Shown here: one piece after another, positions 39,615 through 49,144 of the stretch
How positions within the stretch are numbered: the stretch's first letter is position 1
Layout of the letters: every line of letters starts with the position of its first letter
From: a virus
Length of the DNA stretch: 64,000 bases
IMG/VR virus record: IMGVR_UViG_3300045988_183245
Strand: one strand, 5' to 3'
Position numbers and translations under genes: made by a program
Notes under the pieces: model-generated
Told to the model about the DNA's origin: nothing
Databases searched by the model: none
What the model saw: the letters and a program-made list of their open reading frames with translations, nothing else

Positions 39615-39794
39615 TTTGCACAATACTTACCATAAATTACCAGAAAGAAAAACATTGTGCATCTGTGCGAATTGCATATAATACAAAATATAGAACGAAA
39701 GGCATCAAAAAACATCGTTGGTCGGGCAAAATCCGACCGAAAGGCTAGGGCGGGCTCAGTTTTGAACCTGCTCTTTCTTTTTATCGGAGGCTTT

Positions 39795-40322
39795 ATGTCA
39801 AACAAAGAAGAACGCATGAACCGCAATAAAAGCATCATCGAAGATTACAAAAATGGAAAGCCGATTTTAGAAATCGCGAGGGAATATAATCTTTCAGAAA
39901 CGATGTGCTACAAGATTCTAAAAGGTACGCAGGAGCCGCCTCGTTATTTTGAAAAAAAGAGGAAGAGACTTACCACTCGAAATGAGCAAATTGTTAAACA
40001 GTATAAAGGCGGTATGACGGCCAGAGAATTGGGCAAGATGTACGGCATTTCCATGCAGCGTATTTATGCAATCTTGCATTCGAGCGGAGAGTACGAAAGC
40101 CAAAAATACAATCATATTGAAACGGCTCTCAAAAAAGAGAAAAAGATGCGGAACCAAACTTTTCTTGATGCTTACAAGAAAAATCCTCGAAAATCGATTA
40201 TCGAGTTGAGCAGGGAGGTAAATATCAGCCCTTCACTAGGTTACCTTATCCTTCATCAAAATGGGATTTACCAGTATAACGTAAAAGCCAGAGCTAAGGA
40301 GAATAGCGAAAATGCCGATTAA
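39795..40322 (+). CDS. tandem-HTH repeat protein (three units)
   Basis: RBS ggagg; repeated motif Y..G....EL...Y.(I/L)S...(I/C)Y.IL. Confidence 0.6.
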   Translation: MSNKEERMNRNKSIIEDYKNGKPILEIAREYNLSETMCYKILKGTQEPPRYFEKKRKRLTTRNEQIVKQYKGGMTARELGKMYGISMQRIYAILHSSGEYESQKYNHIETALKKEKKMRNQTFLDAYKKNPRKSIIELSREVNISPSLGYLILHQNGIYQYNVKARAKENSENAD

Positions 40323-40830
40323 CAAGATTACCCACGTGTGTCTAACTCATGACAAAGTCAGAGCACGAAATGAAAAGATGCTGGAGGATGCCAAGAACGG
40401 TATGTCCCAGGAACAGCTGGCCGAAAAGTATCAAATTTGTGTTTCTACTGTCCGATATAGTCTGAAGGACTTTTACAAAGAACAGGCCCGGCAGAGGAAA
40501 GCAAAGAAGAAAGCCTGGCAAACCCAGATGATTCATGAATATGAGATGGGCGCAAAATCTCCGGAGCTCCAGGAAAAATACGGCATCAGTGGAACGCTCT
40601 TTTATCGGATTCTTCATACGCACGGAAAGAATGGCCGACAAATCCACAGCCAAAACCGTATCGAGACTGGCAAGAAAAGAAACGCCGAGATGGTCAGGAA
40701 ATACAAAAACGGCGTTTCTGTCAAAGAGCTTGCGGAAGAATACGGGCTCAAAAAGGGAAGCGTATATCGCGCCATGAAGCGGTATAGTCCAGGCCCAGGG
40801 AAAAGTAAAAGTTGTCAAAGTGAGGAATAA
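40312..40830 (+). CDS. tandem-HTH repeat protein (three units)
   Basis: Same repeat family; overlaps the previous gene by 11 nt. Confidence 0.6.
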   Translation: MPINKITHVCLTHDKVRARNEKMLEDAKNGMSQEQLAEKYQICVSTVRYSLKDFYKEQARQRKAKKKAWQTQMIHEYEMGAKSPELQEKYGISGTLFYRILHTHGKNGRQIHSQNRIETGKKRNAEMVRKYKNGVSVKELAEEYGLKKGSVYRAMKRYSPGPGKSKSCQSEE

Positions 40831-40834
40831 TTGC

Positions 40835-41788
40835 ATGGCTGCATCAAAGAAAGATGTTGCGAAGCAGCAGGTCAAAGAAGACCGCGAAAAGGTTCGGGAA
40901 ATGTATCTTTCTGGCAAAACTGTCAAGGAAATCGCCAAGGAAACGTATTTTTCAAGCTCTTATTGCTATGCCATGGTGAGAGACCTAGCAAAAGAAAAGA
41001 ATCTTGCAAAGAAAGCAAAAAGAGCACCTCTCGACGAAGCTATGATTCAAGATGCGAAAGCCGGGATGACGGTTGCTGAAATCGCAAAGAAGCATGGCGT
41101 GACCTATCAGCAGTGCTACTATACTGTTTCTGAATACGCTCAAGCTACGATTAAGAAGAACAAGAAAAAGCAGTCTGCTGCCACGAAAGTTCGCAATGCG
41201 GCTATGTTGGAAGATGCGAAAGCCGGAATGACTGATAAGGAAATCGCCAAAAAATACTTTTTGTCTCGAAGCAGTGTCCGTACCGTCCTTGCAGGGCATT
41301 TACATACAAATTCCAAAAAGTTGGATGAAAGGCGCAAGGCAATTCTTGCGGATTATGAGGCAGGAACGTCCTCAAAAGACATCTGTGAGAAATACGGTAT
41401 TTCAAAATCCACTCTTTACAAGGACATGCGCCAAATTGGAAAAACCTGTCAGGAATACTATCACAAGGCGCTGAAAGACAAGACCAATCAAAGGAATTCC
41501 GATATTCGAAGCAAAATCGAAAGAGGGGTCTCGGTCAGCACTATTGCCAAAGAATACGGAATCTCTAAAACGGCGATTTATGAAACGTTTCATCAGGAAA
41601 ATGTCAGAGCTGGAATTTTACAGAAACGCGGCCGTCCGCGAAAAAACACGGAACGTAATGCACTGATTGCTAAACGCCACAGGGAAGGCGAGAAGGTGCA
41701 GGCGCTTGCCACTGAATATAATCTCTCTGTTTCGACGGTAAACACTATTTGCAGTAGAAACAAAAATCAGAATATTGCATCACATTAA
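40835..41788 (+). CDS. tandem-HTH repeat protein (six units)
   Basis: Six copies of the A.AGMT..EIAKK(Y/H)G.S...(V/Y)Y repeat; RBS gaggaataa. Confidence 0.6.
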   Translation: MAASKKDVAKQQVKEDREKVREMYLSGKTVKEIAKETYFSSSYCYAMVRDLAKEKNLAKKAKRAPLDEAMIQDAKAGMTVAEIAKKHGVTYQQCYYTVSEYAQATIKKNKKKQSAATKVRNAAMLEDAKAGMTDKEIAKKYFLSRSSVRTVLAGHLHTNSKKLDERRKAILADYEAGTSSKDICEKYGISKSTLYKDMRQIGKTCQEYYHKALKDKTNQRNSDIRSKIERGVSVSTIAKEYGISKTAIYETFHQENVRAGILQKRGRPRKNTERNALIAKRHREGEKVQALATEYNLSVSTVNTICSRNKNQNIASH

Positions 41789-41834
41789 CAGGCTGCCATT
41801 TGGCGGCCTTTTCTTTTTTGGAGGAAATAATAAC

Positions 41835-42749
41835 ATGACAGACGACGTACGAAATCTGATTCGATTTGTAGTGGATGGCGATATTCGAAACGCGCAGACT
41901 CAGTGCCGAATCATGCTTGAAAAGAATGTACCCGAAAAGGACGCCAGGTTCAAAGAAAACGAACTCAGAAAGTTGAATCTTCTGAAGCCGGAACTGATTC
42001 AGCTGCCCACCAACCTGGAAAACCTCTTGATTGCGGAGGATGCCACGAATTTCCCTGAGAGCCGGTTCCTGCTCCGCGAGGAGGAAGAAACAGTCATCAA
42101 CAAGCTCTTGGCCACCAGAAAAGCAGCTTTAGCCATCAAGGAGCTTGGCATCCACTATACTTGCTCTTTGCTTTTGACGGGCCTTCCTGGTGTTGGTAAG
42201 ACTGAATTGGCCCGCTACATTGCACACAAGGCGAATTTACCGTTTGTTTTCCTGAAATTCTCTGGCCTTGTCAATTCTGCTCTTGGCCGGACACAGCAGA
42301 ACATCGGCAGAGTGTTCGATTACGCAAAGCGCACGCCTTGTGTTCTTTGTGTTGATGAAATTGATGCCATCGGAATGTGCCGTGGCAGCCGCGATGATGT
42401 CGCTGAAATGAGCCGTGTCACCATCGCATTGATGCAGGAACTTGACCGGCTCCCGAATGACGTCATTCTCATTGGCACTACAAACCGCGTCGATAACCTT
42501 GACGAAGCCCTCATTCGCCGATTCACTTTCAAACACCGCGTCAAACCTTTAGGCGACGATGACATGAAAGAACTGTGCAAGAAGTTCCTTGCTTCGGCAG
42601 ACTATCCCTTCACGGAATCCGAACTCGACGAACTCTGCCATTCGCTGCGTGAGCAGCGGACTGCCAGCGCCGTTGTCAATGCCTGTACAGAACGTATCGT
42701 TGCACATATCGTATCGCAGCTGCCTGAAAATTCGGCAGATGCCGTGTAA
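41835..42749 (+). CDS. classical AAA+ ATPase
   Basis: Walker A LLTGLPGVGKTELAR, Walker B VLCVDEIDAIG, and sensor-1/SRH GTTNRVDNLDEALIRRF. Confidence 0.7.
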   Translation: MTDDVRNLIRFVVDGDIRNAQTQCRIMLEKNVPEKDARFKENELRKLNLLKPELIQLPTNLENLLIAEDATNFPESRFLLREEEETVINKLLATRKAALAIKELGIHYTCSLLLTGLPGVGKTELARYIAHKANLPFVFLKFSGLVNSALGRTQQNIGRVFDYAKRTPCVLCVDEIDAIGMCRGSRDDVAEMSRVTIALMQELDRLPNDVILIGTTNRVDNLDEALIRRFTFKHRVKPLGDDDMKELCKKFLASADYPFTESELDELCHSLREQRTASAVVNACTERIVAHIVSQLPENSADAV

Positions 42750-42753
42750 AAGT

Positions 42754-43452
42754 ATGATAGCCTGGGAAGAAAGCCCTCGTCAGTTTAAGATGTCCAAGCA
42801 ACTCGATGAGGGAAAATTCGGAGAAGACTTGGCTCGCAAATTCCTTAACGACCCGATTATCAAAGTGAATCATGGCATTAGCCATTACGATGACGTGACT
42901 CAGGATAAATCATATCAAGACAAAGATACCGATTTCATTGTCTGGAAGAAGAATGGTAAGACCTTTGGCCTGGAAGCGAAAGTGGACAGCCACAATACCG
43001 GAAATTTCTACCTGGAAACCTCGGTGGACTACTTCTCCATGGTGCCTGACGCTCTGAACGAACAACGGGTAGCGCGGCGGTATCGGGATGGCATCGACCC
43101 TTTATGGCACACCCCGGGCTGGGTATACAGGAGTGGTGCGGACCAGATTCTCTATTATTTCAGAACCACGCAGCTGCTTTACATTTTCTCCCGCGTTGAT
43201 GTCTGGTTCTATGCTGAAAAGCTGATGCGCGGTGGAATCCATCTCGACCCCGGAATCAGAAAGCCAAAAATGTATTCTGCCGAAAATATCAGTGAACGCA
43301 ATGGTTCCACTCTCTTCTTTGCCAACGGCTTATGCGTGAATGCAGAGCAGACATACAAGGCTTTAGGGGCGCAAAAAAGAGTCATTAAATACCAGGTTGA
43401 GAACCCGAATTCAGACGTCCCAACGTTCAGCTTTTGCCCTTTCAAATTATGA
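42754..43452 (+). CDS. PD-(D/E)xK nuclease-like protein
   Basis: DTDFIVWKK...GLEAKVDS is a D..(E)xK core. The start codon is 5 nt after the AAA+ stop. Confidence 0.45.
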   Translation: MIAWEESPRQFKMSKQLDEGKFGEDLARKFLNDPIIKVNHGISHYDDVTQDKSYQDKDTDFIVWKKNGKTFGLEAKVDSHNTGNFYLETSVDYFSMVPDALNEQRVARRYRDGIDPLWHTPGWVYRSGADQILYYFRTTQLLYIFSRVDVWFYAEKLMRGGIHLDPGIRKPKMYSAENISERNGSTLFFANGLCVNAEQTYKALGAQKRVIKYQVENPNSDVPTFSFCPFKL

Positions 43453-43639
43453 ATTTTCCGCTAACAATCGACAAAAAATCACATTTCAGTTCAGCGGAAG
43501 AGTATAATTGTAGTAGAAAGAGAGGAAAAAAGCATGAACCAAATCAACGTTGTCACGATTGGGAAACTCATTGAAGCGCATCGTGGAGGTGACGAGCAGA
43601 AGTTCAAAACTCACGTCGATTTTATAAAAACAAGCCGGG

Positions 43640-45018
43640 AAAACCCACGACTTTAGTCGTGGGATGAAAGGCGTTAAGAACGAATCAATTCACGCTGCAT
43701 ATCCGCAAGATGGACAGCATTTTTTTGCTGTCAAAGCGTGCGAATTGCGTACCATAGATAGTAGATTCTAAAGAAAAGGAGGCTACTACTCATGCGTCTG
43801 GTTGTTAAAACTTACAAGTATAAGCTGTACAACAGTAAAAAGAACAGATACCTGGTGCGCCAGATTGAACTTGCCTCCGAGATTTGGAATTTTTGCATTG
43901 CTATGCGGCGTATGTACTATTTGGTCTATGGCAAAACGCTTAAAGCCAATGATTTGAAAAAGTACATTGCTAAAATCTGCAAGCGCCGCAAGTGGGCACA
44001 TTGACATAATCTCGGCAGCCAGGCGATTCAGGATGTGGTGGAACGGGTTGACCGTGCCTATAAAGCCTATTTCGATAATAAGAAAAAGGAGCATCCCAAA
44101 AAGAAGTCCCTACCAAAATTCAAGAAGCGTGAACTGTACAAAAGTTTTACACTCAAGCAAGCAGGCTACAAGTTTGAAGGAAAAGGCCGCATTACCATCA
44201 ATGGCAAAAGGTATCGGTATTTTGATTCTCGGCCATTGAAAGGTAAAGTGAAAACCTTAACCGTCAAGCGCGACAATTTGGGCGACATCTATATTTTTGC
44301 CGTCACGCAGGAAGAATACAATGAAGTCCTTCCACGAGCAGGTAAAGCTGTCGGGATGGATTTCGGCTTAAAGCATTTCCTCAACCTGGATGACGGCAGT
44401 GTGATAGATTCTCCTCAATGGTATAAAGCCTCCCTGAAAGAGCTGAAGACCATACAACGTCACATTTCACGCTGCAAAGCAGGCAGTAATAATCGCAAGA
44501 AAGCTATCAAGGAGTTAAACCGCATCTATCGAAAGATGTGTAATCAACGCACCGACTGGTTCTTCAAGACTGCCTATCAGCTGATTGGAGATTATGCCAT
44601 CATCTGCATTGAAGACTTAAATCTTGCGGGGATGCAAAAACTCTGGGGACGCAAAATCAACGATATTGCGTTCGGTGAGTTTGTTCAAATTCTCGAGTGG
44701 GCGGCATCCAACTGCGGCACAGAGATTGTGAAAATCGACCGCTTTGCGCCATCCAGCAAGTGCTGCAGCCGCTGTGGGTATATCTATACGAAGCTCACGC
44801 TCAAGCAGCGTGAATGGGATTGCCCTTCCTGCGGCACACACCATGAGAGAGACGTCAATGCAGCTATCAATATATGCCGCATGGGATTAGTCCAAATGGG
44901 CTACCCTGCGTAAAAATACTCTCACGGATGGGGCACCATGCCGTTACCGAGAGGCGTAAGACTGGGTCAGCCAGCGGCCTCGTTGAAGTAGAATCCCACG
45001 ATTTTAATCGTGGGAGTG
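43640..45018 (+). mobile_element. IS200/IS605-family tnpB-only element with an inactivated tnpB
   Basis: Perfect palindrome cccacgactttagtcgtggg at 43644-43663 and cccacgattttaatcgtggg at 44995-45014, bracketing the tnpB. Confidence 0.65.
43792..44913 (+). pseudogene. tnpB: tnpB interrupted by an in-frame TGA (70-aa and 292-aa ORFs share one frame)
   Basis: Both ORFs are in frame 1 and are separated only by TGA at 44002-44004. The C-terminus has GMDFGLK, ICIEDLN, CSRCGY...CPSCG and ERDVNAAINI. Confidence 0.7.
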
Positions 45019-45212
45019 TGTCAATGTCAAAGCCTACGACCAGAAGCGTCCGGTAGAATATGCGGATTATAAGCCGGGGATGCTGTATGTCAGCGTATAT
45101 GAGGTGTTCCCACACATCTAAGAAAATCAAAATAAGAAGTTCTACCCAGTTCAGTGTGGGCTTTTTTATCGAGAGTGCCGCAAAGACTACTGGCTCACGG
45201 AGGTAACCGACA

Positions 45213-45413
45213 ATGGTAACGTTTCTTGATGATGATGATATCGAACTAAAGCCTTGCCCGTTCTGTGGTTCTACAGCCGGGTTATATGCAAGCTATGAAG
45301 GCATGTATGCAGTGCGGTGCAACTACTGCCGCATCGGAACTGTCCTCATAAAAAACGAACAGGACGCGATTGAGTTGTGGAATCACAGAACGGAGGTAAC
45401 GAACGATAACTAA
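45213..45413 (+). CDS. lar: Lar-family restriction-alleviation zinc-ribbon protein
   Basis: 66 aa with LKPCPFCGS...C..C, characteristic of Lar. Confidence 0.6.
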   Translation: MVTFLDDDDIELKPCPFCGSTAGLYASYEGMYAVRCNYCRIGTVLIKNEQDAIELWNHRTEVTNDN

Positions 45414-45432
45414 CGCAGACAAAGCAATTGCA

Positions 45433-46245
45433 TTGCGCCCATCATACTGGGCAAGCGTATCTGGCGGAAAAGATAGCCTGTATATGCTCAATTACATACT
45501 GCACAATCTGGACAGATACCCGCTTGACGGCGTGGTTCACTTTGAACTCGAAATCGACTACCCGTTTATACATAACGTTATCGACTATATGGAAACGGAG
45601 TGCAAGCGAGCTGGCATCCAATTTGTGCGAATCAAGCCGAGGAAAACGTGGGAAGAATTGTATGATAAATGCGGTTTCCCAACAAGAAAAGTAAGATGGT
45701 GTAACGGTCACTATAAACTTGATGCAAAGCGGCAACTATCCGAATGGCTGAACGAAGTCGGTTTTTATGTAGTAAATTACATAGGCTATTGTGCCGACGA
45801 AGAACGCCGTTTCAACAAGCGGTTGAGTGCCAAAAAGTTAGAGATATACCCTCTCGCAGAAAACGGCATTAACGAAGATGTGATTTTGGAATGGGCAAAG
45901 ACACAGCCTATTTTCAACAACTACTACAAAACCAACAAGCGCTGCGGTTGTATGTATTGCCCGATGTCCTCGTTTCTTAACTTTGCCTATCTCTATAAAT
46001 ACTACCCCGAAAATTTCCGGTATATGCTTGAAAAAATGCGGGAAACGGAAGAATTGAGAGAGAAAGAGCTTGGTAGACCGTTCTCTGTGATTTCATCGAA
46101 TCCCAAATATAATGCGGATTACTTGGAACACATCGTCAAAACGAAATGGCTCAAAAAGCTCAACGAAATGGAGGTAACCAACAATGACTATGTCGATGCG
46201 TATTGCGTCGGTGTGGATGTGGATGGTCACACCACTGTCCACTAG
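45433..46245 (+). CDS. PAPS reductase / PP-loop family protein (phage-type)
   Basis: N-terminal SGGKDS PP-loop motif and a C-terminal Cys cluster CGCMYCP. Confidence 0.65.
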   Translation: MRPSYWASVSGGKDSLYMLNYILHNLDRYPLDGVVHFELEIDYPFIHNVIDYMETECKRAGIQFVRIKPRKTWEELYDKCGFPTRKVRWCNGHYKLDAKRQLSEWLNEVGFYVVNYIGYCADEERRFNKRLSAKKLEIYPLAENGINEDVILEWAKTQPIFNNYYKTNKRCGCMYCPMSSFLNFAYLYKYYPENFRYMLEKMRETEELREKELGRPFSVISSNPKYNADYLEHIVKTKWLKKLNEMEVTNNDYVDAYCVGVDVDGHTTVH

Positions 46246-46391
46246 GTTGCATTAAAGAGTATTGGCAAAAAGGTGCTTTATCGAGTTTAGCTGTGGGGAG
46301 AATGTCAATTGGGTGAAAGCATGAGCGGTGAACCAAAAGTAATCACTTCCTTTGAGGAAGCACCGCAATCGTTCGCACTCGCGAAAAGAGA

Positions 46392-47285
46392 GTGACTTCT
46401 TACGATGCAATTCTTACGAACATTCGGAAAGCCCAGCAAGAGAAGCAAATGCAAAGCATTGAGAAGGAGCAGTCGCTCCGACATCGAGAAGTATTCTCCG
46501 GAGGTCATAATGCGGTAAGAAGCAAAAAGCAAACGGATGCACTTCTCAACGAGGATGTCTCGAAGCTCTCTAATGCCGATATTGAGAAGGTCCTCACTTT
46601 TATCCGCACAAACGCCGAGACTTTCCGCCAAAAGCTTTGTAAGCTGTACATAACCCAGCAGAAAAAGCAAATCGACGTCAAAAAAACGATTGAGAAATCC
46701 GTCCAGTGTGATGGCGAGATTGCACGACTGTACTACAAAAAGCCGATAAAGTCCAAAGCAAATGTCGTGATGCTGGCGGATATTTCCGGGTCTTGCCGCG
46801 CTATGACTTCTCTCGCTCTGACATATATGGGTTTGATGCGGGAAGTTTTTCCCGGCGGCTGCCACCTGTTCGTTTTTGTGAATCACTTAGTTCCTGTTGA
46901 CCGTTATTTCTCAAACGAGAATGTAACGGCTGCTGTGGAAAGTATCAACAAGAATGTCCCCAGCCGAGGTATCTACTCAAACTACGGTATGCCTCTCAAA
47001 GAACTGCGCTACGATAATACCGGAATCATCAATAAGGATACTACTATCGTTATGCTGGGTGACTGTCGAAACAACAGGAACTATTCCGGTGTGGAAGAAG
47101 TAGAATGGCTTTCTAAGCGAGCATCCAACTTCTTCGTTCTGAACCCTGAACCGCGGGACGAATGGGGACAGGGTGATTCCATTGCCGACCTGTACGCGAA
47201 AAGTGGCGCTGTGGTTTCCATGGTAGGTTCGGCTAAAGATTTGCTGACTTTCCTGCAATCTGCCGGAACCACAAGGCATTTTTGA
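46392..47285 (+). CDS. vWA domain protein (CoxE-like)
   Basis: MIDAS motif VVMLADISGSC (DxSxS), plus downstream T and D residues in a VWA-like arrangement. Confidence 0.5.
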   Translation: MTSYDAILTNIRKAQQEKQMQSIEKEQSLRHREVFSGGHNAVRSKKQTDALLNEDVSKLSNADIEKVLTFIRTNAETFRQKLCKLYITQQKKQIDVKKTIEKSVQCDGEIARLYYKKPIKSKANVVMLADISGSCRAMTSLALTYMGLMREVFPGGCHLFVFVNHLVPVDRYFSNENVTAAVESINKNVPSRGIYSNYGMPLKELRYDNTGIINKDTTIVMLGDCRNNRNYSGVEEVEWLSKRASNFFVLNPEPRDEWGQGDSIADLYAKSGAVVSMVGSAKDLLTFLQSAGTTRHF

Positions 47286-47379
47286 TGCGCTTGCCCCAAC
47301 CACTAGATATAGTGGTATCTTAATGTTTGTTTACAATTTAGACACTATATATTGTGTCTTTTCATTGACCGGATACCAC

Positions 47380-47430
47380 ATATATGGTATAATACAATTG
47401 TTCTCAGGAAGAGGAACGGCTCCTGAGACA
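47380..47430 (+). promoter_or_regulatory. extended -10 promoter (TGGTATAAT) plus an 8-bp-stem hairpin, upstream of the tRNA island leader
   Basis: tggtataat at about 47385, then tctcagga-agaggaacggc-tcctgaga. Confidence 0.4.
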
Positions 47431-47638
47431 TCAAGGTTTTCCTTTCCCCAATCTTGGTCGCATGGCTTCATTTGAGCTGACACAGGTGAAGCGTGAAAAT
47501 CATCCGTTTCATAGTAATATCCTTCCTTTCTTTGGCGCGGGTAACTCCGCGCCAGCCGTCCAAGCAAACAGCCTCCACGCGGCGGACGGTGGGCAACAGA
47601 TGTTTCCGTGTTCCGGGCATCTGGCTAATGTTTGTATT

Positions 47639-47714
47639 TGCTGGTTTAGCTCAGCTGGTAGAGCAACTGACCTGTAATCAGTCGGTCATCGGTTCAAGTC
47701 CGATTTCCAGCTCC
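47639..47714 (+). tRNA. tRNA, anticodon loop CCTGTAA (putative TGT / Thr); atypical
   Basis: Cloverleaf with D-arm gctcagctggtagagc and T-arm atcgg-ttcaagt-ccgat, CCA encoded. There are two U-U mismatches at the base of the acceptor stem, and C33. Confidence 0.5.
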
Positions 47715-48540
47715 AGACGCTATCCGTTGGATGTATCGAAATCACATGATACGATGCTATACACAACATCTGGCGGACAGCATGCCACCCATTAAGGCGG
47801 CCTCCTCGTGGCGGGTGGCGGACAGCGGCTCTTGCGGCTGCTGACGAATGTCTTAGAAGCATGCAAACGTACGAGCATCCCCGTCAAGTCGGGGCGCATC
47901 CAGACGCGACACAGCCGTAAAGGCGAGATTGCTGCACGGCAACTGGTAAGTTTCGCCGCAGTCTCACACACAGCCCAACGACAACCGTTAACCCGATTTG
48001 ACAGGGAATCAACGACAGGGCTCAAAATTTGAAGTTGACCAACACCCAAGCGCTTTCTTGGATTCTCGCGTATCGTCAACGATGAGGTTCGCAAGATTGT
48101 CAGGTGGTGTGAAGATGACATCCGGGGATGACGACCTACTAAACGGATGTCATGGCGGGGCTAAGTGAGGGTTCACCCGCAATCTTATGCAGGTATCGTA
48201 TAACGGCTAATACTCCGCCCCTCCAAGGCGGAGACGCGGGCTCGACCCCCGCTACTTGCTCCACACGTCGCCGCCACCGTACGCCACGACATTAAATTTG
48301 GCGAGCATGGTCCACATGTGGTCCGCTGTCCGAATGCCAATGGACAGCCTATAAAAGAATAGGCAAACAGGTGCTGTGCCTGAGAGTATCCGAGAGTCCC
48401 GGTGTCAGTCGCGAATGAGGCCGGAAAACGGCGGGGAGGGTACTATACAGAATCCGTCGGCGTGGCTGCTGAATGGTACTGGAAGAAAGGGTTGGCTGCC
48501 CTGATTGCGGGATGATAACCAGTATAAAACATCCTAACAT

Positions 48541-48616
48541 GCCTGATTAGCTCAGTTGGTAGAGCAGCGCATTCGTAACGCGCAGGTCGGCAGTTCGAAC
48601 CTGCCATCAAGCCCCA
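48541..48616 (+). tRNA. tRNA-Thr (CGT)
   Basis: Acceptor gcctgat / atcaagc, D-arm gctcagttggtagagc, anticodon loop ttCGTaa, T-arm ggcag-ttcgaac-ctgcc, CCA encoded. Confidence 0.6.
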
Positions 48617-48654
48617 TCACCAAATTAAGCGATAATAGGAAGGAGATGAATTCT

Positions 48655-49038
48655 ATGGAACAGGCAATTATCAATGTTGAAGGTACGACTACCATAGAAA
48701 CCGCTGCAGCAGCCAAAAAGCTGATTGGGATGCTTGGCAATCAGAACGTCCGCGCCATCTCGGTCAATCGTGTGAACGATAAGAGCGATGAGGTCATTGT
48801 CGAACTTGATTTCGTGCCTGGCTTGGCACCGCATCTGCACGGCTTTACACTTCAGGTTAATGGCTTGACCTGTGGTTATGCTGGTACTGGTCCTTCCAAT
48901 CTGTATGAAGTCCTGCAGGCGGCTGGCGTGAGTGAAGCTCAGGTAGCACGCGAGGACATCACTCAGAAGAGCACAAAAACCATTCCTCTGCGCCTGGAAC
49001 GCGCCGTGACTCAGTACGGCGACTTCCAATTTGCGTAA
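48655..49038 (+). CDS. hypothetical protein (127 aa)
   Basis: RBS aggaagga upstream of MEQAIINVEG. The longer ORF would overlap the tRNA. A hairpin ggcgggcttaacccgcc follows the stop. Confidence 0.5.
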   Translation: MEQAIINVEGTTTIETAAAAKKLIGMLGNQNVRAISVNRVNDKSDEVIVELDFVPGLAPHLHGFTLQVNGLTCGYAGTGPSNLYEVLQAAGVSEAQVAREDITQKSTKTIPLRLERAVTQYGDFQFA

Positions 49039-49068
49039 CGCTATTTGGCGGGCTTAACCCGCCATCAT

Positions 49069-49144
49069 GGAGGGATAGCTTAGCTGGATAAAGCACCTGC
49101 CGCAAAGCAGGGTATCGATGGTTCGAGGCCATCTCCCTTCTCCA
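49069..49144 (+). tRNA. tRNA-like gene with an aberrant anticodon arm (possible pseudo-tRNA)
   Basis: Acceptor, D and T arms are good (ggaggga / tcccttc; gatgg-ttcgagg-ccatc; CCA). The anticodon arm only pairs as cctgc-cgcaaa-gcagg, giving a 6-nt loop. Confidence 0.35.

Noticed and set aside
47560-47640. T-box riboswitch upstream of the tRNA
   Set aside because: The GGTGGG/CGCGG fragment does not match the T-box consensus (AATTAGGGTGGNACCGCG) in order or spacing.
47800-48300. tmRNA or RNase P RNA in the GC-rich intergenic block
   Set aside because: The 3' tRNA-like end (gcggg-ctcgacc-cccgc...tcca) is suggestive, but I could not find the tmRNA 5' acceptor or UUCGAC motif, nor RNase P conserved regions. 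Left as an unassigned ncRNA candidate.
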